Positions 14,129 through 26,500 of a stretch of DNA of 64,000 nucleotides are shown here, piece by piece. Source of the stretch: the human T2T-CHM13v2.0 reference genome, Homo sapiens. The DNA lies in assembly GCF_009914755.1 (NCBI RefSeq), contig NC_060944.1; one strand, written 5' to 3'. Within the stretch, counting starts at the first letter, position 1; every line of letters begins with the position of its first letter. Under the pieces are notes generated by a model, which saw only the letters and a list, made by a program, of their open reading frames with translations, was not told the DNA's origin and made no database searches. The translations under genes and the position numbers were made by a program.

Positions 14129-17100
14129 ATGAGCTCTAAATATCCACTTGCAGATTCTACAAAAAGAGTGTTTCAAAACTGCTCAATCAACAGAGACATT
14201 CAACTCTGTGAGATGAATGCACCCATCACAAAGAAGTTTCTCAGAATGCTTCTGTGTAGTTTTTGTGTGAAGACATTTCATTTTCCAGAGTATGCCTCAA
14301 AGCGCTCCAAATATCCACTCTCAGATTCTGTAAAAAGAGAGATTCCAAACTGCTGAATCAAAAGATAGGTTCAACACTGTGACTTAGGTGCACAATTCAC
14401 AAAGATGTTCCTCAGAAATCTTCTGTGTAGTTTTTATATGAAGATATCTCCTCTTCCAAAACAGATCTCAAAGCCCTCCAAATATTCACTTCCAGATTGT
14501 ACGGAAAGATTGTGTCAAAACTGCTAAATCAAACCAAAGGTTCAACTCTGTGATGAATGCACTCATCAGAAAGAAGGTTCTCTGAATGCTTCTGTGTAGT
14601 TTCTATTTGAAGATATTTCCTTTTCCAATATAGGGCAAAATAGGGCCCCAAATACTCACTTGCAGATTCTACAAAAAGAGAGATTCTAAACTACTCAATC
14701 AACAGATACCTTCAACAATGTGAGTTGAACGCACACATCGCAAATAAGTTTCACAGAATGCTTCTGGGTAGTTTTTAGTTGAAGAAATTTCCCTTTCCAC
14801 AATAGGCCTCAAATCACTCTAAATATCCACTTGCAGATTCTACAAAAAGAGTGTTTCAAAACTGCTCAATCCAAAGAAAGGTTGTACCCTGTGAGATGAA
14901 TGCACGCATCACAGAGTAGTTTCTCAGAATGCTTCTGCATAGTTTTTATGTGAAGATATTTCCTTCTACACTGTAGGCCTGAAATGACTCCAAATATCCA
15001 TTTACAGATTCTAAAAAAAGAGTGTTTCAAAACTGCTATAGCAATAGAAACATCCAACTCTGTGAGATGAATGCACAGATCACAAAGAAGTTTCTCAGAA
15101 TGCTTCTGTGTAGTTTTTGTGTGAAGACATTTCATTTTCCACAGTATGCCTCAAAGCGCTCCAAATATCCACTCTCAGATTCTGTAAAAAGAGAGATTCC
15201 AAACTGCTGAATCAAAAGATAGGTTCAACACTGTGACTTAGGTGCACAATTCACAAAGATGTTCCTCAGAAATCTTCTGTGTAGTTTTTATATGAAGATA
15301 TCTCCTCCTCCAAAACAGATCTCAAAGCCCTCCAAATATTCACTTCCAGATTGTACGGAAAGATTGTGTCAAAACTGCTAAATCAAAACAAAGGTTCAAC
15401 TCTGTGATGAATGCACTCATCAGAAAGAAGGTTCTCTGAATGCTTCTGTGTAGTTTCTATTTGAAGATATTTCCTTTTCCAATATAGGGCAAAATAGGGC
15501 CCCAAATATTCACTTGCAGATTCTGCAAAAAGGGAGATTCTAAACTGCTCAATCAACAGATACCTTCAACAATGTGATTTGAATGCACACATCGCAAATA
15601 AGTTTCACAGAATGCTTCTGGGTAGTTTTTAGTTGAAGAAATTTCCCTTTCCACAATAGGCCTCAAATCACTCTAAATATCCACTTGCAGATTCTACAAA
15701 AAGAGTGTTTCAAAACTGCTCAATCCAAAGAAAGGTTGTACCCTGTGAGATGAATGCACGCATCACAAAGTAGTTTCTCAGAATGCTTCTGCATAGTTTT
15801 TATGTGAAGATATTTCCTTCTACACTGTAGGCCTGAAAAGGCTCCAAATATCCATTTATGGATTCTAAAAAAAAAGTGTTTCAAAACTGCTATATCAATA
15901 GAAACATCCAACTCTGTGAGATGAATGCACAGATCACAAAGAAGTTTCTCAGAATGCTTCTGTGTAGTTTTTATGTGAAGATATTTGATTTTCCACAGTA
16001 GGCCCCAATGAGATCCAAATATCCACTTGCAGATTCCACAAAAAGAGTGTTTCAAAACTGCTCAATCAACAGAGACATTCAACTCTGTGAGATGAATGCA
16101 CCCATCACAAAGAAGTTTCTCAGAATGCTTCTGTGTAGTTTTTATGTGAAGATATTTCCTTCTACACTGTAGGCCTGAAAAGACTCCAAATATCCATTTA
16201 CAGATTCTAAAAAAAGAGTGTTTCAAAACTGCTGTATCAATAGAAACATCCAACTCTGTGAGATGAATGCACAGATCACAAAGAAGTTTCTCAGAATGCT
16301 TCTGTGTAGTTTTTATGAGAAGTTATTTGTTTTTCCACAGTAGGCCCCAATGAGCTCTAAATATCCACTTGCAGATTCTACAAAAAGAGTGTTTCAAAAC
16401 TGCTCAATCAACAGAGACATTCAACTCTGTGAGATGAATGCACACATCACAAAGAAGTTTTGCCGAATGCTTCTGTGTAGTTTTTGTGTGAAGATATTTC
16501 ATTTTCAACAGTACGCCTCAAAGCGCTCCAAATATCCACTCTCAGATTCTGTAAAAAGAGAGATTCAAAACTGCTGAATCAAAAGATACGTTCAACAACG
16601 TGACTTCAGTGCACAACTCACAAAGGTGTTTCTCAGAATGCTTCTGTATAGTTTTTATATGAAGATATCTCCTTCTCCAAAACAGAACTCAAAGCCCTCC
16701 AAATATTTACTTGCAGATTCTACGGAAAGATGGTCTCAAAACTGCTAAATCAAAACAAAGGTTCAACTCTGTGAGGAATGCACTCATCAGAAAGAAGGTT
16801 CTCTGAATGCTTCTGTGTAGTTTCTATTTGAAGATATTTCCTTTTCCACTCTAGGGCGAAATAGGGCTCAAAATATTCACTTGCAGAATCTACAAAAAGA
16901 GAGATTCTAAACTGCTCAATCAACATATACGTTCAGCAATGTGATTTGAATGCACACATCACAAATAAGTTTCACAGAATGCTTCTGGGTAGTTTTTATT
17001 TGAAGAAATTTCCCTACCCAGAATAGGCCTCAAGTCGCTCTAAATATCCACTTGCAGATCCTACAAAAGGAGTGTGTCAAAACTGCTCAATCAAAAGAAA

Positions 17101-17545
17101 GGTTCTACTCTGTGAGATGGATGCAAACATCAGAAAGTAGTTTCGCAAAATTCTTCTACATAGTTTTTATGTGAAGATATTTCCTTCTCCACCATAGGCC
17201 TCAAAAGGCTCCAAATATCCACTTGCAGATTCGAAAAAAAGAGTGTTTCAAAACAGCTCAATCCAAAGAAAGGTTCTACTCTGTGAGATGAATGAACACA
17301 TCATAAAGTAGTTTCTCAGAATGCTTCTGCATAGTTTTTATGTGAAGATATTTCCTTCTCCACTATAGGCCTCAAAAGGCTCCAAATATCCACTTGCAGA
17401 TTCTGAAAAAAGAGTGTTTCAAAACTGCTGTGTCAAAAGAAAGATTCAACTCTGTTAGATGAATGCACAGATCACAAAGAAGTTTCTCAGGATGCTTCTG
17501 TGTAGTTTTTATGTGAAGATATTTGTTTTTCCACAGTGGGCCCCA
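14129..17545 (-). repeat. Irregular mosaic zone (5-mer lacking g, 6-mer, f-g dimer, diverged 7-mer)
   Basis: An f monomer joins directly to an a monomer near 15110. g anchors at 16008, 16350 and 17546 give steps of 342 and 1196. Confidence 0.82.
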
Positions 17546-20500
17546 ATGAGCTACAAATATCCACTCGCAGATTCTGTAAGAAGAGAGATTCAAAACTGCT
17601 GAATCAAAAGATAGGTTCAACACTGTGACTTCAGTGCACACCTCACAAAGAAGTTTCTCAGAATGCTTCTTTGTAGTTTTGATATGAAGATATCTCCTTC
17701 TCCAAAATAGATCTCAAAGCCCTCCAAATATTCACTTCCAGATTCTATGGAAAGAGTCTCAAAACTGCTCAGTCAAAATAAAGGTAGAACTCTGTGAGAA
17801 GAATGCACACATCACAAAGAAGTTTCTCAGAATATATTTGTGTAGTTTTTATTTGAGGATAGTTCCTTTTCTACCATAGGCTGCAAAGGGCTCCAAATAT
17901 CCACTTGCAGATGGTACAAAGAGAGAGATTCTAAACTGCTCAATCAAAAGGTAGTTTCAACCCTGTGATATGAATGCACACATCCCAGAGAAGTTTCTCA
18001 AAATGCTTCTGTTTAGTTTTTATTTGAAGATATTTCCTTTTCCACCATACGCCTCAAAGGTCTCCAAATATCCACATGCTGCTTCTACAAAAAGAGAGAT
18101 TAAAAAATGTTCTATCAAAATATAGGTTCAACTCTGTGAGTTGAATGCGCACATCACAAAAAGTTTCTCAGAATGCTTCTGTGTAGTTTTTACGTGAAGA
18201 TATCTCCTTTTCCACAATAGGCCTCAAAGCTCTCCAAATATCCGCAAGCAGAGTCTACAAAAAGAGAGATTCAAAACTGCTCAATGAAAAGATAGGTTCA
18301 ACTCTGTGAGATGAGTGCACATCTCACAAAGAAGTTCCTCAGAATGCTTCTGTGTAGTTTTTATGTGAAGATATTTCCTTTTCCAAAATAGACCTCAAAG
18401 TCCTCCAAATATCCACTTCCAGACTCTATAAAAAGGTGTTTCAAAACTACTCAATCAAAAGAAAGGTTCAACTATATGAGATAAATGCACACATCACAAA
18501 ATGGTTTCTCAGAATGCTTCTGTGTAGTTTTTATTTGAAGATATTTTCTTTTCCACCATGGGCCACAAAGGGCTACTAAAACCCACTTGCAGATTCTACA
18601 AAAAGAGAGATTCAAAACGGCTCAATCAAAAGATAGGCTCTCCCCTGTGAATTGAATGCACACATCACAAAGAAGTTTCTCAGAATGTTTCTGTGTAGTT
18701 TTTTTTTGAAGATATTTCCTTTTCCACAATAGGCCTCAAAGCTCTCCAAACATCCATTGCTAATTCTTCAAAAAGATCGCTTCAACACTGCTCTATAAAA
18801 AGGAAGTTTCAACTCCATTAGATGACTGCACACATCACAAAGAAGTTTCTCAGAATGCCTCTGTGTAGTTTGTATGTGAAGATATTTCCTTTTCCACAGT
18901 AGGCCACAAAGGGCTCCAAATATCTACTTGCAGAATCTTCAAAACGAGTGTTTCAAAAGTTCTCAATCAAAAGAAAAGTTAAACTCCATGAGATGAATGC
19001 ATACATCACAAAGAAAGTTCTGAGAATGCTTCTGTCTTGTTTTTATGTGAAGATATTTGATTCTCTCCTGTAGGCAACAAGGCGCTCCAAATATCCACTT
19101 TCAGATACTACAAAAAGAGTGTTTTGAAACTGCTCAATCATATGATAGGTTCAACCTTGTGAGATGAATGCCCACATCACAAAGTAGCTTCTCAGAATGT
19201 TTTTGTGTAGTTTTTATTTGAAGATATTTCCTTTTCCACCATAGGCCACAAAGGGCTCCAAACTCCCACTTGCAGATTCTACAAAAAGAGAGATTCAAAG
19301 CTGTTCAATCAAAAGATAGTTTCAACTCTGCGTGTTGAATGCACAAATCACAAAGTAGTTTCTCTGAATGCTTCTGTGTTGTGTTTGTTTATGTGAAGAT
19401 ATTTGCTTTTCCACTATAGGGCAAAATAGGGCTCCAAATATCCACTTGCAGATTCTGCAAAAAGGGAGATTCAAAACTGTACAATCAAAAGATAAGTTCA
19501 AATATGTGAGTTGAATGCACACAAAACAAAGAAGTTTCTCAGAATACCTCTGTGTAGTTTTTAGGTGAATATATTTGATTTTCCACAGTAGGCCTCAAAG
19601 GGCTCCAAATATCCACTTTCAGATTCTGAAATAAGAGAGATTCAAAACTGCTCAATCAAACGATAAGTTCAAATCTGTGAGTTGAATGCACACCTCACAA
19701 AGAAGTTTCTCATAAAGTTTCTGTGTAGTTTTTATGTGAAGATATCTCCTTCTCCAAAATAGGCCTCAATGACCTCCAAATATGCACTTCCAGATTCCAT
19801 GACAATAGTGCTTCAAAACTGCTCAATCCAAAGAAATGTTCAACACTGTGTGATGAATGCACTCATCACAAAGAAGTTTCTCTGAATGCTTCTGTGTATT
19901 TTGTATTTGAAGATATTTCCTCTTCCACCATAGGGCTCATAGGGCTCCAAATATCCACTTGCAGATTCTACAAAAAGAGTATTCCAAAACTGCTCAATCA
20001 AAAGAAACGTCTAAAACTGTGAGATGAATGCACACATCACAAAGTAGTTTCTCAGAATGCTTCAGTGTAGTTTTTATGTGAAGACATTAGCTTGTCCACG
20101 GAAGGTCTCAAAGCGCTCCAAATATCCACTTGCAGATTCTACAAAATGAGTGTTTCAAAACTGCTCAATCATTAGATAGGTTCAACCCTGTGAGATGAAT
20201 GCACACATAACAAAGAAGTTTTTCAGAATGCTTCTATGTAGCTTTATTTGAAGGTATTTCCTTTACCACCATAGGTTGCAAGGGGCTCCAAATATCCACT
20301 TGCAGATTCTACAAAAAGAGAGATTCTAAACTGCTCAATCAACAGATACCTTCAACAATGTGAGATGAATGCACACATCACAAATAAGTTTCACAGAATG
20401 CTTCTGGGTAGTTTTTATGTGAAGAAATTTCCCTTTCCACAATAGGCCTCAAAACGCTCTAAATATCCACTTGCAGATTCTAAAAAAGGAGTGTTTCAAA

Positions 20501-23500
20501 ACTGCTCAATCCAAAGAAAGGTTCTACTGTATGAGATGAATGCACACATCACAAAGTACTTTCTCAGAATGCTTCTGCATAGTTTTTATGTGAAGATATT
20601 TCCTTCTCCACTATAGGCCTCAAAAGGCTCCAAATATCCACTTGCGGATTCTAAAAAAAGAGTGTTTCAAAACTGCTGTATCAAAACAAAGATTCAACTC
20701 TGTGAGATGAATGCACAGATCGCAAAGAAGTTTCTCAGAATGCTTCTGTGTAGTTTTTATGTGAAGATATTTGTTTTTCCACAGTAGGCCCCAATGAGCT
20801 CCAAATATCCACTTGCAGATTCCACAAAAAGAGTGTTTCAAAACTGCTCAATCAACAGAGACATTCAACTCTGTGAGATGAATGCACCCATCACAAAGAA
20901 GTTTCTCAGAATGCTTCTGTGTAGTTTTTGTGTGAAGATATTTCATTTTCCACAGTACGCCTCAAAGCGCTCCAAATATCCACTCGCAGGTTCTGTAAAA
21001 AGAGAGATTCAAAACTGCTGAATCAAAAGATAGGTTCAACACTGTGACTTCAGTGCACAACTCACAAAGGTGTTTCTCAGAAATCTTCTGTGTAGTTTTT
21101 ATATGAAGATATCTCCTTCTCCAAAACAGAACTCAAAGCCCTCCAAATATTCACTTCCAGACTGTACGGAAAGATTGTGTCAAAACTGCTAAATCAAAAC
21201 AAAGGTTCAACTCTGTGATGAATGCACTCATCAGAAAGAAGGTTCTCTGAATGCTTCTGTGTAGTTTCTATTTGAAGATATTTCCTTTTCCACTCTAGGG
21301 CGAAATAGGGCTCCAAATATTCACTTGCAGATTCTACGAAAAGAGAGATTCTAAACTGCTCAATCAACAGATACGTTCAACAACTTGAGTTGAATGCACA
21401 CATCACAAATAAGTTTCACAGAATGCTTCTGGGTAGTTTTTATTTGAAGAAATTTCCCTTTCCACAATAGGCCTCAAATCGCTCTAAATATCCATTTGCA
21501 GATTCTACAAAAAGAGTGTTTCAAAACTGCTCAATCAAAAGAAAGGTTCTACTCTGTGAGGTGAATGCACGCATCACAAAGTGGTTTCTCAGAATGCTTC
21601 TGCATAGTTTTTATGTGAAGATACTTCCTTCTCCACCATAGGCCTCAAAAGGCTCCAAATATCCACTTGCAGATTCTAAAAAAAGAGTGTTTCAAAACTG
21701 CTCAATCCAAAGAAAGGTTCTACTCTGTGAGATGAATGCACACATCACAAAGTAGTTTCTCAGAATGCTTCTGCATAGTTTTTATGTGAAGATATTTCCT
21801 TCTCCACTATAGGCCTCAAAAGGCTCCAAATATCCACTTGCAGATTCTGAAAAAAGAGTGTTTCAAAACTGCTGTGTCAAAAGAAAGATTCAACTCTGTT
21901 AGATGAATGCACAGATCACAAAGAAGTTTCTCAGGATGCTTCTGTGTAGTTTTTATGTGAAGATATTTGTTTTTCCACAGTAGGCCCCAATGAGCTACAA
22001 ATATCCACTCGCAGATTCCGTAAAAAGAGAGATTCAAAACTGCTGAATCAAAAGATAGGTTCAACACTGTGACTTCAGTGCACACCTCACAAAGAAGTTT
22101 CTCAGAATGCTTCTTTGTAGTTTTGATATGAAGATATCTCCTTCTCCAAAATAGATCTCAAAGCCCTCCAAATATTCACTTCCAGATTCTATGGAAAGAG
22201 TCTCAAAACTGCTCAGTCAAAATAAAGGTAGAACTCTGTGAGAAGAATGCACACATCACAAAGAAGTTTCTCAGAATATATTTGTGTAGTTTTTATTTGA
22301 GGATAGTTCCTTTTCTACCATAGGCTGCAAAGGGCTCCAAATATCCACTTGCAGATGGTACAAAGAGAGAGATTCTAAACTGCTCAATCAAAAGGTAGTT
22401 TCAACCCTGTGATATGAATGCACACATCCCAGAGAAGTTTCTCAAAATGCTTCTGTTTAGTTTTTATTTGAAGATATTTCCTTTTCCACCATACGCCTCA
22501 AAGGTCTCCAAATATCCACATGCTGCTTCTACAAAAAGAGAGATTAAAAAATGTTCTATCAAAATATAGGTTCAACTCTGTGAGTTGAATGCGCACATCA
22601 CAAAAAGTTTCTCAGAATGCTTCTGTGTAGTTTTTACGTGAAGATATCTCCTTTTCCACAATAGGCCTCAAAGCTCTCCAAATATCCGCAAGCAGAGTCT
22701 ACAAAAAGAGAGATTCAAAACTGCTCAATGAAAAGATAGGTTCAACTCTGTGAGATGAGTGCACATCTCACAAAGAAGTTCCTCAGAATGCTTCTGTGTA
22801 GTTTTTATGTGAAGATATTTCCTTTTCCAAAATAGACCTCAAAGTCCTCCAAATATCCACTTCCAGACTCTATAAAAAGGTGTTTCAAAACTACTCAATC
22901 AAAAGAAAGGTTCAACTATATGAGATAAATGCACACATCACAAAATGGTTTCTCAGAATGCTTCCGTGTAGTTTTTATTTGAAGATATTTTCTTTTCCAC
23001 CATGGGCCACAAAGGGCTACTAAAACCCACTTGCAGATTCTACAAAAAGAGAGATTCAAAACGGCTCAATCAAAAGATAGGCTCTCCCCTGTGAATTGAA
23101 TGCACACATCACAAAGAAGTTTCTCAGAATGTTTCTGTGTAGTTTTTTTTTGAAGATATTTCCTTTTCCACAATAGGCCTCAAAGCTCTCCAAACATCCA
23201 TTGCTAATTCTTCAAAAAGATCGCTTCAACACTGCTCTATAAAAAGGAAGTTTCAACTCCATTAGATGACTGCACACATCACAAAGAAGTTTCTCAGAAT
23301 GCCTCTGTGTAGTTTGTATGTGAAGATATTTCCTTTTCCACAGTAGGCCACAAAGGGCTCCAAATATCTACTTGCAGAATCTTCAAAAAGAGTGTTTCAA
23401 AAGTTCTCAATCAAAAGAAAAGTTAAACTCCATGAGATGAATGCATACATCACAAAGAAAGTTCTGAGAATGCTTCTGTCTTGTTTTTATGTGAAGATAT

Positions 23501-26500
23501 TTGATTCTCTCCTGTAGGCAACAAGGCGCTCCAAATATCCACTTTCAGATACTACAAAAAGAGTGTTTTGAAACTGCTCAATCATATGAGAGGTTCAACC
23601 TTGTGAGATGAATGCCCACATCACAAAGTAGCTTCTCAGAATGTTTTTGTGTAGTTTTTATTTGAAGATATTTCCTTTTCCACCATAGGCCACAAAGGGC
23701 TCCAAACTTCCACTTGCAGATTCTACAAAAAGAGAGATTCAAAGCTGTTCAATCAAAAGATAGTTTCAACTCTGCGTGTTGAATGCACAAATCACAAAGT
23801 AGTTTCTCTGAATGCTTCTGTGTTGTGTTTGTTTATGTGAAGATATTTGCTTTTCCACTATAGGGCAAAATAGGGCTCCAAATATCCACTTGCAGATTCT
23901 GCAAAAAGGGAGATTCAAAACTGTACAATCAAAAGATAAGTTCAAATATGTGAGTTGAATGCACACAAAACAAAGAAGTTTCTCAGAATACCTCTGTGTA
24001 GTTTTTAGGTGAATATATTTGATTTTCCACAGTAGGCCTCAAAGGGCTCCAAATATCCACTTTCAGATTCTGAAATAAGAGAGATTCAAAACTGCTCAAT
24101 CAAACGATAGGTTCCAATCTGTGAGTTGAATGCACACCTCACAAAGAAGTTTCTCATAAAGTTTCTGTGTAGTTTTTATGTGAAGATATCTCCTTCTCCA
24201 AAATAGGCCTCAATGACCTCCAAATATGCACTTCCAGATTCCATGACAATAGTGCTTCAAAACTGCTCAATCCAAAGAAATGTTCAACACTGTGTGATGA
24301 ATGCACTCATCACAAAGAAGTTTCTCTGAATGCTTCTGTGTATTTTGTATTTGAAGATATTTCCTCTTCCACCATAGGGCTCATAGGGCTCCAAATATCC
24401 ACTTGCAGATTCTACAAAAAGAGTATTCCAAAACTGCTCAATCAAAAGAAACGTCTAAAACTGTGAGATGAATGCACACATCACAAAGTAGTTTCTCAGA
24501 ATGCTTCAGTGTAGTTTTTATGTGAAGACATTAGCTTGTCCACGGAAGGTCTCAAAGCGCTCCAAATATCCACTTGCAGATTCTACAAAATGAGTGTTTC
24601 AAAACTGCTCAATCATTAGATAGGTTCAACCCTGTGAGTTGAATACACACATAACAAAGAAGTTTTTCAGAATGCTTCTATGTAGTTTTTATTTGAAGGT
24701 ATTTCCTTTACCACCATAGGTTGCAAGGGGCTCCAAATATCCACTTGCAGATTCTACAAAAAGAGAGATTCTAAACTGCTCAATCAACAGATACCTTCAA
24801 CAATGTGAGATGAATGCACACATCACAAATAAGTTTCACAGAATGCTTCTGGGTAGTTTTTATGTGAAGAAATTTCCCTTTCCACAATAGGCCTCAAAAC
24901 GCTCTAAATATCCACTTGCAGATTCTAAAAAAAGAGTGTTTCAAAACTGCTCAATCCAAAGAAAGGTTCTACTGTATGAGATGAATGCACACATCACAAA
25001 GTACTTTCTCAGAATGCTTCTGCATAGTTTTTATGTGAAGATATTTCCTTCTCCACTATAGGCCTCAAAAGGCTCCAAATATCCACTTGCGGATTCTAAA
25101 AAAAGAGTGTTTCAAAACTGCTGTATCAAAACAAAGATTCAACTCTGTGAGATGAATGCACAGATCGCAAAGAAGTTTCTCAGAATGCTTCTGTGTAGTT
25201 TTTATGTGAAGATATTTGTTTTTCCACAGTAGGCCCCAATGAGCTCCAAATATCCACTTGCAGATTCCACAAAAAGAGTGTTTCAAAACTGCTCAATCAA
25301 CAGAGACATTCAACTCTGTGAGATGAATGCACCCATCACAAAGAAGTTTCTCAGAATGCTTCTGTGTAGTTTTTGTGTGAAGATATTTCATTTTCCACAG
25401 TACGCCTCAAAGCGCTCCAAATATCCACTCGCAGGTTCTGTAAAAAGAGAGATTCAAAACTGCTGAATCAAAAGATAGGTTCAACACTGTGACTTCAGTG
25501 CACAACTCACAAAGGTGTTTCTCAGAAATCTTCTGTGTAGTTTTTATATGAAGATATCTCCTTCTCCAAAACAGAACTCAAAGCCCTCCAAATATTCACT
25601 TCCAGACTGTACGGAAAGATTGTGTCAAAACTGCTAAATCAAAACAAAGGTTCAACTCTGTGATGAATGCACTCATCAGAAAGAAGGTTCTCTGAATGCT
25701 TCTGTGTGGTTTCTATTTGAAGATATTTCCTTTTCCACTCTAGGGCGAAATAGGGCTCCAAATATTCACTTGCAGATTCTACGAAAAGAGAGATTCTAAA
25801 CTGCTCAATCAACAGATACGTTCAACAACTTGAGTTGAATGCACACATCACAAATAAGTTTCACAGAATGCTTCTGGGTAGTTTTTATTTGAAGAAATTT
25901 CCCTTTCCACAATAGGCCTCAAATCGCTCTAAATATCCATTTGCAGATTCTACAAAAAGAGTGTTTCAAAACTGCTCAATCAAAAGAAAGGTTCTACTCT
26001 GTGAGGTGAATGCACGCATCACAAAGTGGTTTCTCAGAATGCTTCTGCATAGTTTTTATGTGAAGATATTTCCTTCTCCACCATAGGCCTCAAAAGGCTC
26101 CAAATATCCACTTGCAGATTCTAAAAAAAGAGTGTTTCAAAACTGCTCAATCCAAAGAAAGGTTCTACTCTGTGAGATGAATGCACACATCACAAAGTAG
26201 TTTCTCAGAATGCTTCTGCATAGTTTTTATGTGAAGATATTTCCTTCTCCACTATAGGCCTCAAAAGGCTCCAAATATCCACTTGCAGATTCTGAAAAAA
26301 GAGTGTTTCAAAACTGCTGTGTCAAAAGAAAGATTCAACTCTGTTAGATGAATGCACAGATCACAAAGAAGTTTCTCAGGATGCTTCTGTGTAGTTTTTA
26401 TGTGAAGATATTTGTTTTTCCACAGTAGGCCCCAATGAGCTACAAATATCCACTCGCAGATTCCGTAAAAAGAGAGATTCAAAACTGCTGAATCAAAAGA

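Noticed and set aside
20088-20104. Possible CENP-B box (TAGCTTGTCCACGGAAG at the box position; also ~24532 and ~28977)
   Set aside because: Only about 5 of the 9 essential positions match and both required CpG positions are lost.
17690-20420. Transposon (L1/Alu) or non-alphoid insertion
   Set aside because: The block keeps the 171-bp phase and alphoid motifs throughout; there is no poly-A tail, short target-site duplication or GC-rich Alu sequence.
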